DNA from: Alphaproteobacteria bacterium
Lineage (GTDB): Bacteria > Pseudomonadota > Alphaproteobacteria > GCA-2731375
Length of the DNA stretch: 64,000 nucleotides
Reading direction: 5' to 3'
Assembly (NCBI GenBank): GCA_965232515.1
Contig: CBDDPY010000002.1
Location: 5,920,001 to 5,984,000 of the forward strand
Under the pieces are notes generated by a model that did not search any database, was not told the DNA's origin, and worked only from the letters and a program-made list of their open reading frames with translations. Positions within the stretch are counted from its first letter, which is position 1. Every line of letters starts with the position of its first letter. Shown piece after piece: positions 10,052-18,471 of the stretch. A program made the position numbers and the translations under genes.

Positions 10052-11100
10052 GCCGGTCACCATCAAACCGATTTGATGTGTGTGTTTTGGGCGCTGGCCT
10101 GAGTGGCTTGCTGGCGGCCACGGAACTTCAACGCGCAGGATTTCGCACTTGCGTCGTACAAAAAGGCGACTGGTGGTCAAGCCAGTCTGCAGTATCGCAA
10201 GGTTTCATCCATTGCGGACTAAAGTACTTCGACGTGGCACCAAAAACTGAGTTTAAGCGCGGCCTAGCACGAGGACGCGTCGCTTGGAACCGTTTCCTTA
10301 GTCGCAGGACGCAATCGCCAATACAACACACTCGTATCAACTATCTCTTCACGGCACGTTCAAGCTTAGCGCAATCATTTCAGTCAGTGGCGCGCGAACA
10401 CCATATTACGGCTACCGAAACGACGGGTTCCGACAAGGTCGGTGGATTTCGAGGCCGGATATTTGAGACTGATGAATTTGCAATTGACTTCGCCGACTTG
10501 CTGGAAATGCTCCGCAGTCGGCTTGCTCATAAGCTATCGGGCCCAGCTTGGAATCTTAGTCGCGGCAGAGGCGGGTATGTGGTGCGATCGGATGAGCGGC
10601 AAGTGGTGCATGCCGATTGTGTCGTGTTAGCAGCGGCTCAGGGAATACCTGAATTGGCGTCGAGGACGGCAATAGGTGATTTCGTCGTGAAACGCAGACC
10701 TCTTGCATTAGCGACACTTACCGGCATGAAGCAACCGATAACCGCTCATTTGTTCCATGAGGGGCTCCGGCCATTCCTGACACTGTCCAGCCGGCAGAAT
10801 CGAGAAGGCGATTGGCAGTGGAGTGTCGGAGGTGACGTGGGCGAAGGGATGCCACACAAGACACAATTCGAAGACATGGTTGCCGAGGCGCTTACAAAGT
10901 ACTTCCCTGAATTGAGCGTGGGGCGAGTGACATCGAGACAGCTATGTCGTATTGAACCGGCGGACGGCCGTAACGATGTGAGCGTATCTGGCGAGTTGAT
11001 CCTCCAAGACCGGGTCGCGCTTATGTTGCCCAACAAAGCGACGAACATTCCGAAAATGGTTGAAGCAGTCGTAACACACCTATCGCGCCGAAGCGGCTGA
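10027..11100 (+). CDS. FAD-dependent oxidoreductase (DAO-like)
   Basis: DVCVLGAGLSG, QSAVSQGFIHCGLKY, VVLAAAQG, terminal PNKAT; start uncertain. Confidence 0.85.
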   Translation: MDRFSAKIGRSPSNRFDVCVLGAGLSGLLAATELQRAGFRTCVVQKGDWWSSQSAVSQGFIHCGLKYFDVAPKTEFKRGLARGRVAWNRFLSRRTQSPIQHTRINYLFTARSSLAQSFQSVAREHHITATETTGSDKVGGFRGRIFETDEFAIDFADLLEMLRSRLAHKLSGPAWNLSRGRGGYVVRSDERQVVHADCVVLAAAQGIPELASRTAIGDFVVKRRPLALATLTGMKQPITAHLFHEGLRPFLTLSSRQNREGDWQWSVGGDVGEGMPHKTQFEDMVAEALTKYFPELSVGRVTSRQLCRIEPADGRNDVSVSGELILQDRVALMLPNKATNIPKMVEAVVTHLSRRSG

Positions 11101-11144
11101 GGATTGCAAGCTTGAAACCCGAAGTCCAATTTCCGTTGGCCCAC

Positions 11145-11945
11145 ATGCGAAAGACGCGGTTTGGAATGCGGTTGAGCCGAATCGGCCTCGGAGCGGTGAA
11201 GTGGGGGCGCGTAAAAGGGTTGAAGTATCCGTCCCATGAGATCTTGCCCGAGTTTGAGAATGTCGCAAGCCTCGTCGAGATGGGTCGTCGCCTGGGTTTG
11301 AATTGGATCGACACCGCCGTGGCCTATGGTGAGGCAAATCTGCGGATTGGCCAATTGGAGTTGGGAAAGGATCCTTACTGGAAAATTTGCCTGAAGCTTG
11401 GTGAACGCTTCGATGGTGAGAATTCGGAATATGATTTCCAAGAGGCAGCGCTACGCCAGGATTTCGACCGCGCGCTCGAGCAACTCCAAACGGAACAAGT
11501 GGACGTGACGCTGCTGCATCTTCCGTCAGGACCGGGCGAAGTCAGAGCCTATGAGTCCGGCCAAGAAGCCTTGCGGAGCATGAAATCGAGAGGCATAACG
11601 AAAGCTATTGGCGCGTCCACTCACAGTGTAGAAGTCACCGCGCGAGCCCTTGCGGATATGGATGTCGCTATGGTCGAATTGAGCCGAGCGCATCGCAAGT
11701 TGGAGAGTATTGTCCGCGGCGCGCCCGCCGGCAGCATACTTGTCAAGAAACCGTTTTCGAACGGCTGGCTAGTACCACCATTTGGCGATGTATCTGTGAT
11801 TGATGCATTAGCTTACTGCTTTGGTCCTCCATCCGTGGCCGCGGTCGCCGTGGGCACGATATCTCCCGAGCACCTCTCTCAGTGCGTTGGCGCTACGACT
11901 GAATTCCAACCGGATCAGTTTTACACCAAACTGCAGAAAGCGTGA
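11145..11945 (+). CDS. Aldo/keto reductase; last codons supplied by the IS630 left end
   Basis: IGLGAVKWGR, IDTAVAYG, K and LLH catalytic positions; alternative TTG start at 11112. Confidence 0.87.
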   Translation: MRKTRFGMRLSRIGLGAVKWGRVKGLKYPSHEILPEFENVASLVEMGRRLGLNWIDTAVAYGEANLRIGQLELGKDPYWKICLKLGERFDGENSEYDFQEAALRQDFDRALEQLQTEQVDVTLLHLPSGPGEVRAYESGQEALRSMKSRGITKAIGASTHSVEVTARALADMDVAMVELSRAHRKLESIVRGAPAGSILVKKPFSNGWLVPPFGDVSVIDALAYCFGPPSVAAVAVGTISPEHLSQCVGATTEFQPDQFYTKLQKA

Positions 11946-12453
11946 CTCGTTAAATGTCTGTTAGGCTAGCGGTGATTCAACATGGAAAAATGAGGAGTTT
12001 TCCATGGCCCGCGGTATCCCCCTTCGACCTGATTACAACGGAGATACGCTTCGCGCCCTGGCCCGCTCGACGGGTGATGCTAAGCAGGCCTGACGCATGT
12101 TGTCGCTGTCACTGATCTACGATGGTGGGTCCCGCCCGGCGGCGGCGCGGCACGCCGATGTCAGCATTCAAACGGTGCGGGACTGGGGGTTGCGTTTCAA
12201 CGCCGCGGGTCCGGACGACTTGGTCGATGGCAAATCGACGGGCGCGCCGCCACGCCTGAACGCGGCCCAGTGCGAGGCCCTGGCCGAGGTGGTCGAGGCG
12301 GGGCCAACCCCGTACCTCGATGGCGTGGTGCGGTGGCGCTTGAGCGATCTCGTGGCCTGGGTCCACGATGAGTTCGACGTCACCCTGGATGAAACGACGG
12401 TCGGCCGGACCTTGCGCACGATGGGCTACCGCAAGCTCACGGCGCGGCCACGC
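11921..12453 (+). mobile_element. 5' half of an IS630-family element; transposase pseudogene 12004-12453
   Basis: Left IR at 11921-11940; ATG 12004 MARGIPLRPDY, in-frame TGA 12091, then QTVRDW..GVVRWRL..GYRKLTARPR; cut by the IS3 end. Confidence 0.88.
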
Positions 12454-12481
12454 TGGCCTGCCCCTGTTCAGTGGTCCAGTT
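12454..12481 (-). mobile_element. Isolated 28-bp right end of the same IS3
   Basis: TGGCCTGCCCCTGTTCAGTGGTCCAGTT equals 6992-7019 at 27/28, same orientation. Confidence 0.9.
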
Positions 12482-12494
12482 AGAATACAGTTAG

Positions 12495-13204
12495 AATCAG
12501 GGGACACGATATCTATTTGACAGACTAATCTGTCTGTTCCAGGCTTCTCCCTCATGGCACGGCTTGCGAGAGTGGTGGCGCCCGGGGTGCCGCATCATGT
12601 GACGCAGCGTGGCGGTCTGGGCCTATTGCCTGATGCCGAACCATGTGCACCTGATCCTGGTGCCGCGGGACTCGACGGGACTTCAGCGGGCCCTGGGCGA
12701 GGCGCATCGGCGCTATACCCGACAGGTCAACTTTCGCGAGGGCTGGCGCGGCTATCTCTGGCAGGGCCGCTTCGCCTCCTTTCCGCTGGACGAAACGCAC
12801 CTGCACGCGGCGGGCCGCTATGTCGAGTTGAACCCAGTGCGCGCCGGCCTGGTGACGCGGGCCGCCGCCTGGCCCTGGTCGAGCGCGGCGGCGCACCTGG
12901 CGGGCAATGACGACGACCTGGTGACGGTGGCGCCGCTGCTGGAACGGATCGCGGATTGGCCCGCCTATCTGGCCGCCGGTCTGACGGACGACGAACGCGA
13001 ACGCCTGCGCCAGCACGAGCGCACCGGCCGGCCGCTGGGCGCGGCGACCCTCATCGAGGCGCTGGAAAGCCAGCTGGGCCGCCGCTTGACGAAGCGCAAG
13101 GCCGGCCGGCCCAAGAGCCGCCACGGCGATGCGCCCCGATGACCACGACACCCCTCCCTAACAGCTGTCCTATGCACCGAAAATTGGTATTATGTCCCCT
13201 TATT
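12495..13204 (+). mobile_element. RAYT-like element bounded by 24-bp inverted GGGGACA repeats
   Basis: 12495-12518 vs reverse complement of 13181-13204 match at 19/24. Confidence 0.75.
12554..13142 (+). pseudogene. REP-associated tyrosine transposase (RAYT, Y1 HUH) with internal deletion and frameshift near 12610
   Basis: MARLARVVAPGVPHHVTQRG in one frame, AYCLMPNHVHL..LWQGRF..YVELNPVRAGLV..WPWSS in another; the usual intervening segment is missing. Confidence 0.9.
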
Positions 13205-13335
13205 AATCGAAAATGTCGAAATAAGGTCAGGTCAGGTCCAACCTCGGCGATCACGTTGACACGGCATCGGGGCCGCGGAAACCTGATGCGTCACCCGATG
13301 CGAATGGGTGACATGCAATGCTCGCGGCGCAAGGT

Positions 13336-13500
13336 CCGGTGCCGCTGATCGACAGCGGCATCTCGGGTTATTTCTGGACGGGCCCGCGCTTCTTCTCGAT
13401 CCTGCTGTACACCCGCAAGGGCTTCGATGCCGACGCAGCGATCGCGCAATGCCGCGACGTGCTGGGCGTCGAGGGCGAGGGCGTCACGCATTCGTTCTGA
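13336..13500 (+). pseudogene. C-terminal fragment of an AdoMet decarboxylase-like protein
   Basis: VPLIDSGISGYFWTGPRFFSILLYTRKGFD resembles the PLxxSxISxxxW..lyTCKxFD pattern; N-terminus absent. Confidence 0.5.
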
Positions 13501-13594
13501 CGGCCACGGACCTGCGGTGGATGGATCGTCGCGCGCGTGAAGCCGAATGTCGTCGCTTAGCAATGGTTGGATGTCGGATCATATGCTGGCAGAG

Positions 13595-13665
13595 GTCTGC
13601 CTTCAGCTAAGAAGCGGACATACGGGGCCGATTAGCGCCTCGACCGTTTCTGACCCATTGCCGAC
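13595..13665. repeat. Degenerate bipartite palindromic element, copy 2
   Basis: GTCTGCCTT..AAGCGGAC, N22, GACCGTTTCTGACCCATTGCCGAC. Confidence 0.5.
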
Positions 13666-13955
13666 GTCCTCATCACTGAAGCAGGCGCGGTAGACCGCCG
13701 CCGCAAGCCCGAGCCTTAACGTAGATCTTGTTACATCACATCGCCGACGTTGTTGAGCAGCGCTCGACGCGGCACGAACTTCGCCGCTGCGCATCGCGCC
13801 GGGCGATGACTCGATCGATCGTCTGCTGAACAAGGTGGAGGCCCAACTTGCTGAGTTCAAGCGCCGGGAACCCCTGACGCGCTTCATCGCATTCGGGTGA
13901 TTGCGCGCGCCTGCGCCTCTCGCTCAGTTTGAACTGCGGCAGGCATTGAGGGCTG

Positions 13956-13991
13956 GCGCAGACCATGATGGCGGTGAGAAATGCGGGCTAG
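13956..13991. repeat. 36-bp IS-end/REP-like repeat ending in CTAG, copy 1
   Basis: 32/36 identical to 30458-30493. Confidence 0.75.
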
Positions 13992-14041
13992 GTGTTCTGC
14001 GCCGCCGGCAAACGCCGCGGGGCGCAGTACCAAGGCTGAGT

Positions 14042-14458
14042 TCAGCGGCCCCGAGCTCCCTCTGCCGGGTTCGCGCAGAAGATCGCGACCTTGTTGCCCA
14101 GGGGATCGCGGAGATATCCGACATAGAAGCGATCGCTGTACTTGGCCCGCAAGCCGGGAGCGCCCTCGTCGGAGCCGCCCGCCTGAAGACCAGCGGCGTG
14201 AAGGTTACGGACCATCTCATGCGTCTCGGCTTGGAAGGCCGTCATAGAGCCGTTGCCAACGGTCGCCTCCTTCCCGTCGTATGGCTTCGCCACGTAAACC
14301 GCCGCGGGGCCGGGGGACCGGCCGGGCACGTCCGGAAAGGTGAATTCGATGCCGTTCGGCACTTCCTTCTTCCTGTAACCGAGCGGGGTCAGGATGGCCG
14401 TGTAGAAACGCCCCGAGAGCGGGATATCGTTGGAACCAACCCTGATGTAGCTCAGCAT
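14042..14458 (-). CDS. VOC/glyoxalase family protein
   Basis: MLSYIRVGSND..RFY, PYDG..GNGSMTAF, GGSDEGAPG, YLRDPLGNK. Confidence 0.9.
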   Translation of the reverse strand: MLSYIRVGSNDIPLSGRFYTAILTPLGYRKKEVPNGIEFTFPDVPGRSPGPAAVYVAKPYDGKEATVGNGSMTAFQAETHEMVRNLHAAGLQAGGSDEGAPGLRAKYSDRFYVGYLRDPLGNKVAIFCANPAEGARGR

Positions 14459-15063
14459 GCAGTCGCTCCTGTCTGAAACGTGCCTCCCCCCGGGAAGGCT
14501 CGAAGCGCGCCTCCGTTCCGGGCAACTGTACTTACCAGAACCTGGACGGTCATTCATGCACCCCGACCGAAGCTGCGCGACATGTGTGAGGGCCGTGTCG
14601 CAGAGCCAGCCATCGTGGGGTGCCGCGTTCCCTATGCCGTCACGGCTTCGCTGGATGGGCTCAGACCGGACACGTCCGTACCACGTTGTTACTTCGCCGC
14701 ACTAGACGGATCGTACGATCCGCGTTCGGCCTGCAACGGCGCCGACCACGTCCGGCCAGCCCCCGGCCATGATCGCCACCGCACTGCAGGCGCACTAGAC
14801 CGGGACGGCATGTCTGCTCCGCGTCGATACGTATGATGTGAATGCATCGGCCAAACTTCGCCTATTGGCTAATTCCCGACCTTTCGAGCGCCATATCACA
14901 GAGTCCGGTTTGGATTGGACTCCCGCCGGTCCTAGGGGTGGCGCGGCGGACGTCGGAGGATTAAAGCCGAGCAGATGTTGATGGTCTCGGTTTCCTCATG
15001 CGCCAACGGTGACGCGCAGGCGTGACCAATGGCGATTCGGCGCGGCCCGAGTGCAGTAGCCCC

Positions 15064-16398
15064 CTAATTCACCTGGAACAGGTAGTTCGGGAGCCAGAGG
15101 GCGATGGCGGGGAAGAGGACGATGAGGAACAGGCCCGCGAGCTCGACGATGGTGTAGGGGCCGACGGACCAGTAGATGTCCTTCATGGTGACGTCCGGTG
15201 GGGCGACTGATCGGAGATAGAACAGGTTGAAGCCGAACGGCGGCGTCATGTAGCTGATCTCCATCATCACCACGAACAGGATGCCGAACCAGATCGGGTC
15301 GAAGCCGTGGCTGGCCACCAGCGGCAGGAACACCGGGAGCGTGATGAGCATGATGCCGACCGGATCGAGCACCATGCCGAGCACGAACAGGACGGCCATC
15401 ATGAAGCCGAGCGCGCCCCACTTGCCGCCGGGGATCTGCTCGGTGAGGCCGGTGATGAAGGCTTCGGCGCCCATGGCCGTGTAGGCCGTGGAATAGGCGT
15501 GCGCGGCGAAGACGATCCAGGTGATGATCGTCGTGAGCCGGAACGTGCGCAGCGCGGCTTCCGAGATCACGGGCCAGGACAGCTTGCGGTTGACGGCGCT
15601 GGCGACGAGCGCGCCGAAGACGCCGACGGCGGCGGCTTCCGTGACCGTGGCGAAGCCGCCGAAGATCGCGCCCAGCACGATGAAGATGATGAAGATCGGC
15701 AGGACCACCGATTTCAGCGCATTCAGCTTCTCGCCCCAGTCGGCGCGCTCGTCGGCCGGCAGCGCGGGCCCGAGCTGCGGCTGGAACCAGCAGCGCACGC
15801 CGATATAGATCGAGACCAGCACGAACAGCAGCAGGCCCGGGCCGACGCCGGCGGCGAACAGCTTGCCGACCGAAACCTCGGTGATGAGCGCGTAGAGCAC
15901 CATCAGGATCGACGGCGGGATCAGGATGCCCCAGCCGCCGCCGGCGTTGATCGCGCCCAGCGCCAGGCGCTTGTCATAGCCGCGCGCAAGCATCTGCGGC
16001 AGGGCGATGGTGCCCATGGTGACGACGGCGGCGCCGGAAATGCCGGACATGGCCGCGAAGATGGTGCAGATGGCGACGGTGCCGATGGCGAGGCCGCCGC
16101 GGATGCCGCCCCACCACAAGTGCATCATGCGGTAGAGATCGTGGGCGACGCCGCTGCGTTCCAAGAGCATGGCCATGAAGACATAAAGCGGGATCGCGAT
16201 CAGCGACGACGTCTCCATCAGGTCCCACATCTTCGAGGCGATGAGATAGAAGGCGACGGGGCCCTTCTCGAAGTAGAGGAAGATCACGGACAGGCCGCCG
16301 AGCACGAAGGTCAGCGCCACGCCCAGCATGATGAAGCCGAACAGCAGGCCGAAGAACAGGACCGTCAGGACGCCGATCGAGATGGACTCGTACATCAA
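15064..16398 (-). CDS. dctM: TRAP transporter large permease
   Basis: AIPLYVFM, AAMSG, GILIPPS, TPPFGFNLF. Confidence 0.95.
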   Translation of the reverse strand: MMYESISIGVLTVLFFGLLFGFIMLGVALTFVLGGLSVIFLYFEKGPVAFYLIASKMWDLMETSSLIAIPLYVFMAMLLERSGVAHDLYRMMHLWWGGIRGGLAIGTVAICTIFAAMSGISGAAVVTMGTIALPQMLARGYDKRLALGAINAGGGWGILIPPSILMVLYALITEVSVGKLFAAGVGPGLLLFVLVSIYIGVRCWFQPQLGPALPADERADWGEKLNALKSVVLPIFIIFIVLGAIFGGFATVTEAAAVGVFGALVASAVNRKLSWPVISEAALRTFRLTTIITWIVFAAHAYSTAYTAMGAEAFITGLTEQIPGGKWGALGFMMAVLFVLGMVLDPVGIMLITLPVFLPLVASHGFDPIWFGILFVVMMEISYMTPPFGFNLFYLRSVAPPDVTMKDIYWSVGPYTIVELAGLFLIVLFPAIALWLPNYLFQVN

Positions 16399-16961
16399 AC
16401 GGTTTCCTTCTCGTCGGTCTCACCGTCGCGCAACGGGCCGTAGGCGGTCTCGTCCACCTCCAGCCCCATGACGATCATGATGTCGGCGATCAGCTTGACC
16501 ACGCCCTGCAGGAACAGGAGCGCGGCGGCGACGACGATCATCGATTTCGACGGCCAGATCCACGGCCGCCAGGTGGTCTCGTAGCTGACCTCGAGCCGGG
16601 AAACGCTGTCGTAGGCGAGCGAGTAGCTTTCTTTCAGCAGAATGATCAGAAACAGGAAGAACAGGAACGACGTGGCGATATCGACGATGGCCTTCTTGCG
16701 CCGCGAGAAATTGCCGTAGAACAGGTCGACGTTCACATGGTCGCGCCGGGCCAGCAGATAGCCGCCGCCGATGATGGCGTAGACGCCGAAGATCAGCTTG
16801 GACGCCTGGGCCGACCAGGAGATCGGGCTCTCGGTCAGATAACGCATGATCACGTCGCCGAGCAGCAGGACGAACAGGATCAGCACGACGTAGCTGACGA
16901 CCCGCCCGATCCAGGCGTTGACGGATGTGACCGCGCGCGCGAATGCGGTGATGGCGCCCAT
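16395..16961 (-). CDS. dctQ: TRAP transporter small permease
   Basis: 4 TM segments, HVNVDLFY; overlaps the dctM start. Confidence 0.92.
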   Translation of the reverse strand: MGAITAFARAVTSVNAWIGRVVSYVVLILFVLLLGDVIMRYLTESPISWSAQASKLIFGVYAIIGGGYLLARRDHVNVDLFYGNFSRRKKAIVDIATSFLFFLFLIILLKESYSLAYDSVSRLEVSYETTWRPWIWPSKSMIVVAAALLFLQGVVKLIADIMIVMGLEVDETAYGPLRDGETDEKETV

Positions 16962-17077
16962 GGGATTCCTATTCGCCGTTCGGAGTCAGGCGTTGGTGCG
17001 CGCCGTTTCCCAGGACCGCTTGCCCGACATGGCAAGCGGTCCCGGGTTGACGCATGGTTTTAGTGTTGGCCGTCGTC

Positions 17078-18127
17078 TCAGGCGGTGTCGGTGTAGCCGA
17101 GATCGTTCAGGAAGCCGAGCAGCATGTCGGTCGCCTTTTCGGCATTGCCGCCCTTGGCGCGCTCTTCCTTCAGGATCGCGCCCGAGGCCTCGGCGAACTT
17201 CGACAGCACGGCGTCGGGGAACTGCGCCACCTTGACGTTCTGCTCGGCCACGCCGGACGACAGCGCGACCCGCTCCTTGAACTGGTACTCGGCGTTGCGC
17301 TTCCAGAAACGCACCTCGAGCAGGTGGAAGAACTCCTTGCGCAGGTCGTCGGGCAGGTCGTCGACCGCGCTCTGGTTCATGATCAGCGTGTCCATGGCGA
17401 GGCCCATGGTCGGCTTCATGTGGAACTTGGCGACTTCCCACAGGCTCATGGACTTGGCGCCCTGCGCCGCGCCCCAGTGCGCGCCGTCGACGACGCCGCT
17501 GGCGAGGCTCTGATACAGCTCGGGCCCGGCGATGTATTGCGGCGAGCCGCCGGCGGCCTCGAGATACTTCAGATAGCTGCCGGATGAGCGCAGCTTCAGC
17601 TTGGAGAAGTCGTCGAGCGAGTTGACGGGCTTGGTCAGCACCAGCTCGGTCGGATAGACCTTCTCGGCCCGGCTGACGACGCCATGCTTGGCGAGATCGT
17701 CGTTGAACATGGCTTCCAGGCCCATGTTCTTGAGGAAATGCGCGAACTCCCACGGCTCGCGCAGCGTGCCGGGCACGCCGAAGGCAAGGCCGGCGGTCGA
17801 CGCTTCGCCCAGGATGTAGCCCGGCGAGATGGTGCCCATCTCGACGACGCCGCGGCGGACGATGTTGAAGATCTCGGCGCCCTTGGCGAACTCGCCGGCG
17901 CCGTGCAGTTCCAGCTTGAAGCGGCCCTCGGTGACCTCCTCCAGCTCCTTGGCGATGACGGCGAGGCTGTCGCCGTAAGAGGCCGACGCCTTCGGCCAGT
18001 GCGACTGCACCTTCCAGGTGACGCTCTCGGCCGCCTCGGCCCGGCCGATCACCGCCGGCGCGGCGGCGATCGCCACCCCGCCGGCAAGCGCGGCGCGCCG
18101 GGTGATGTTGGATTTATCGACTGTCAT
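17078..18127 (-). CDS. dctP: TRAP substrate-binding protein with Tat signal
   Basis: TRRAAL signal, WKVQSHWP, KLR, ELYQSLASGVVDG. Confidence 0.93.
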   Translation of the reverse strand: MTVDKSNITRRAALAGGVAIAAAPAVIGRAEAAESVTWKVQSHWPKASASYGDSLAVIAKELEEVTEGRFKLELHGAGEFAKGAEIFNIVRRGVVEMGTISPGYILGEASTAGLAFGVPGTLREPWEFAHFLKNMGLEAMFNDDLAKHGVVSRAEKVYPTELVLTKPVNSLDDFSKLKLRSSGSYLKYLEAAGGSPQYIAGPELYQSLASGVVDGAHWGAAQGAKSMSLWEVAKFHMKPTMGLAMDTLIMNQSAVDDLPDDLRKEFFHLLEVRFWKRNAEYQFKERVALSSGVAEQNVKVAQFPDAVLSKFAEASGAILKEERAKGGNAEKATDMLLGFLNDLGYTDTA

Positions 18128-18333
18128 GGCACTACTCCCTTGTGCGCTCGGTTCTCTTGCCCTCGGTGTCGTCGCGGTGGCTTGTCGCGGCCGGTTGCCG
18201 GCCCGCCACGGCCCCGCAGCTTTCGTCGCCGCTATAGTAGACAATCGGCCTGCGATTGCCAGAGCGGGTAAGGAAATTCAGACGACTGGCAACGTGCGAA
18301 CCAGGTGTCGACGCCGCAAACCGATATCGCCTG

Positions 18334-18434
18334 CTTCGAGACGGCTCCTGCGGAGCCTCCTCAGCATGAGGCAGTGCATTGATATCAGGCGCAAACCTTA
18401 TCCTGAGGAACGCCCGTCAGGGCGTGTCTCGAAG
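18334..18434. repeat. REP doublet, CTTCGAGACG..CTCCTCAG family, copy 1
   Basis: Two inverted hairpin units; second doublet at 53333-53430. Confidence 0.85.
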
Positions 18435-18471
18435 GATCGGCCATCGATCTCCGGTGTCGGCAGACCTTACC

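Noticed and set aside
13603-13966. Short minus-strand ORFs in island debris
   Set aside because: No recognisable motif or RBS; possibly decayed fragments
14460-15060. ORFs of 60-140 aa between the VOC gene and dctM
   Set aside because: Atypical composition and no motifs; treated as non-coding or decayed
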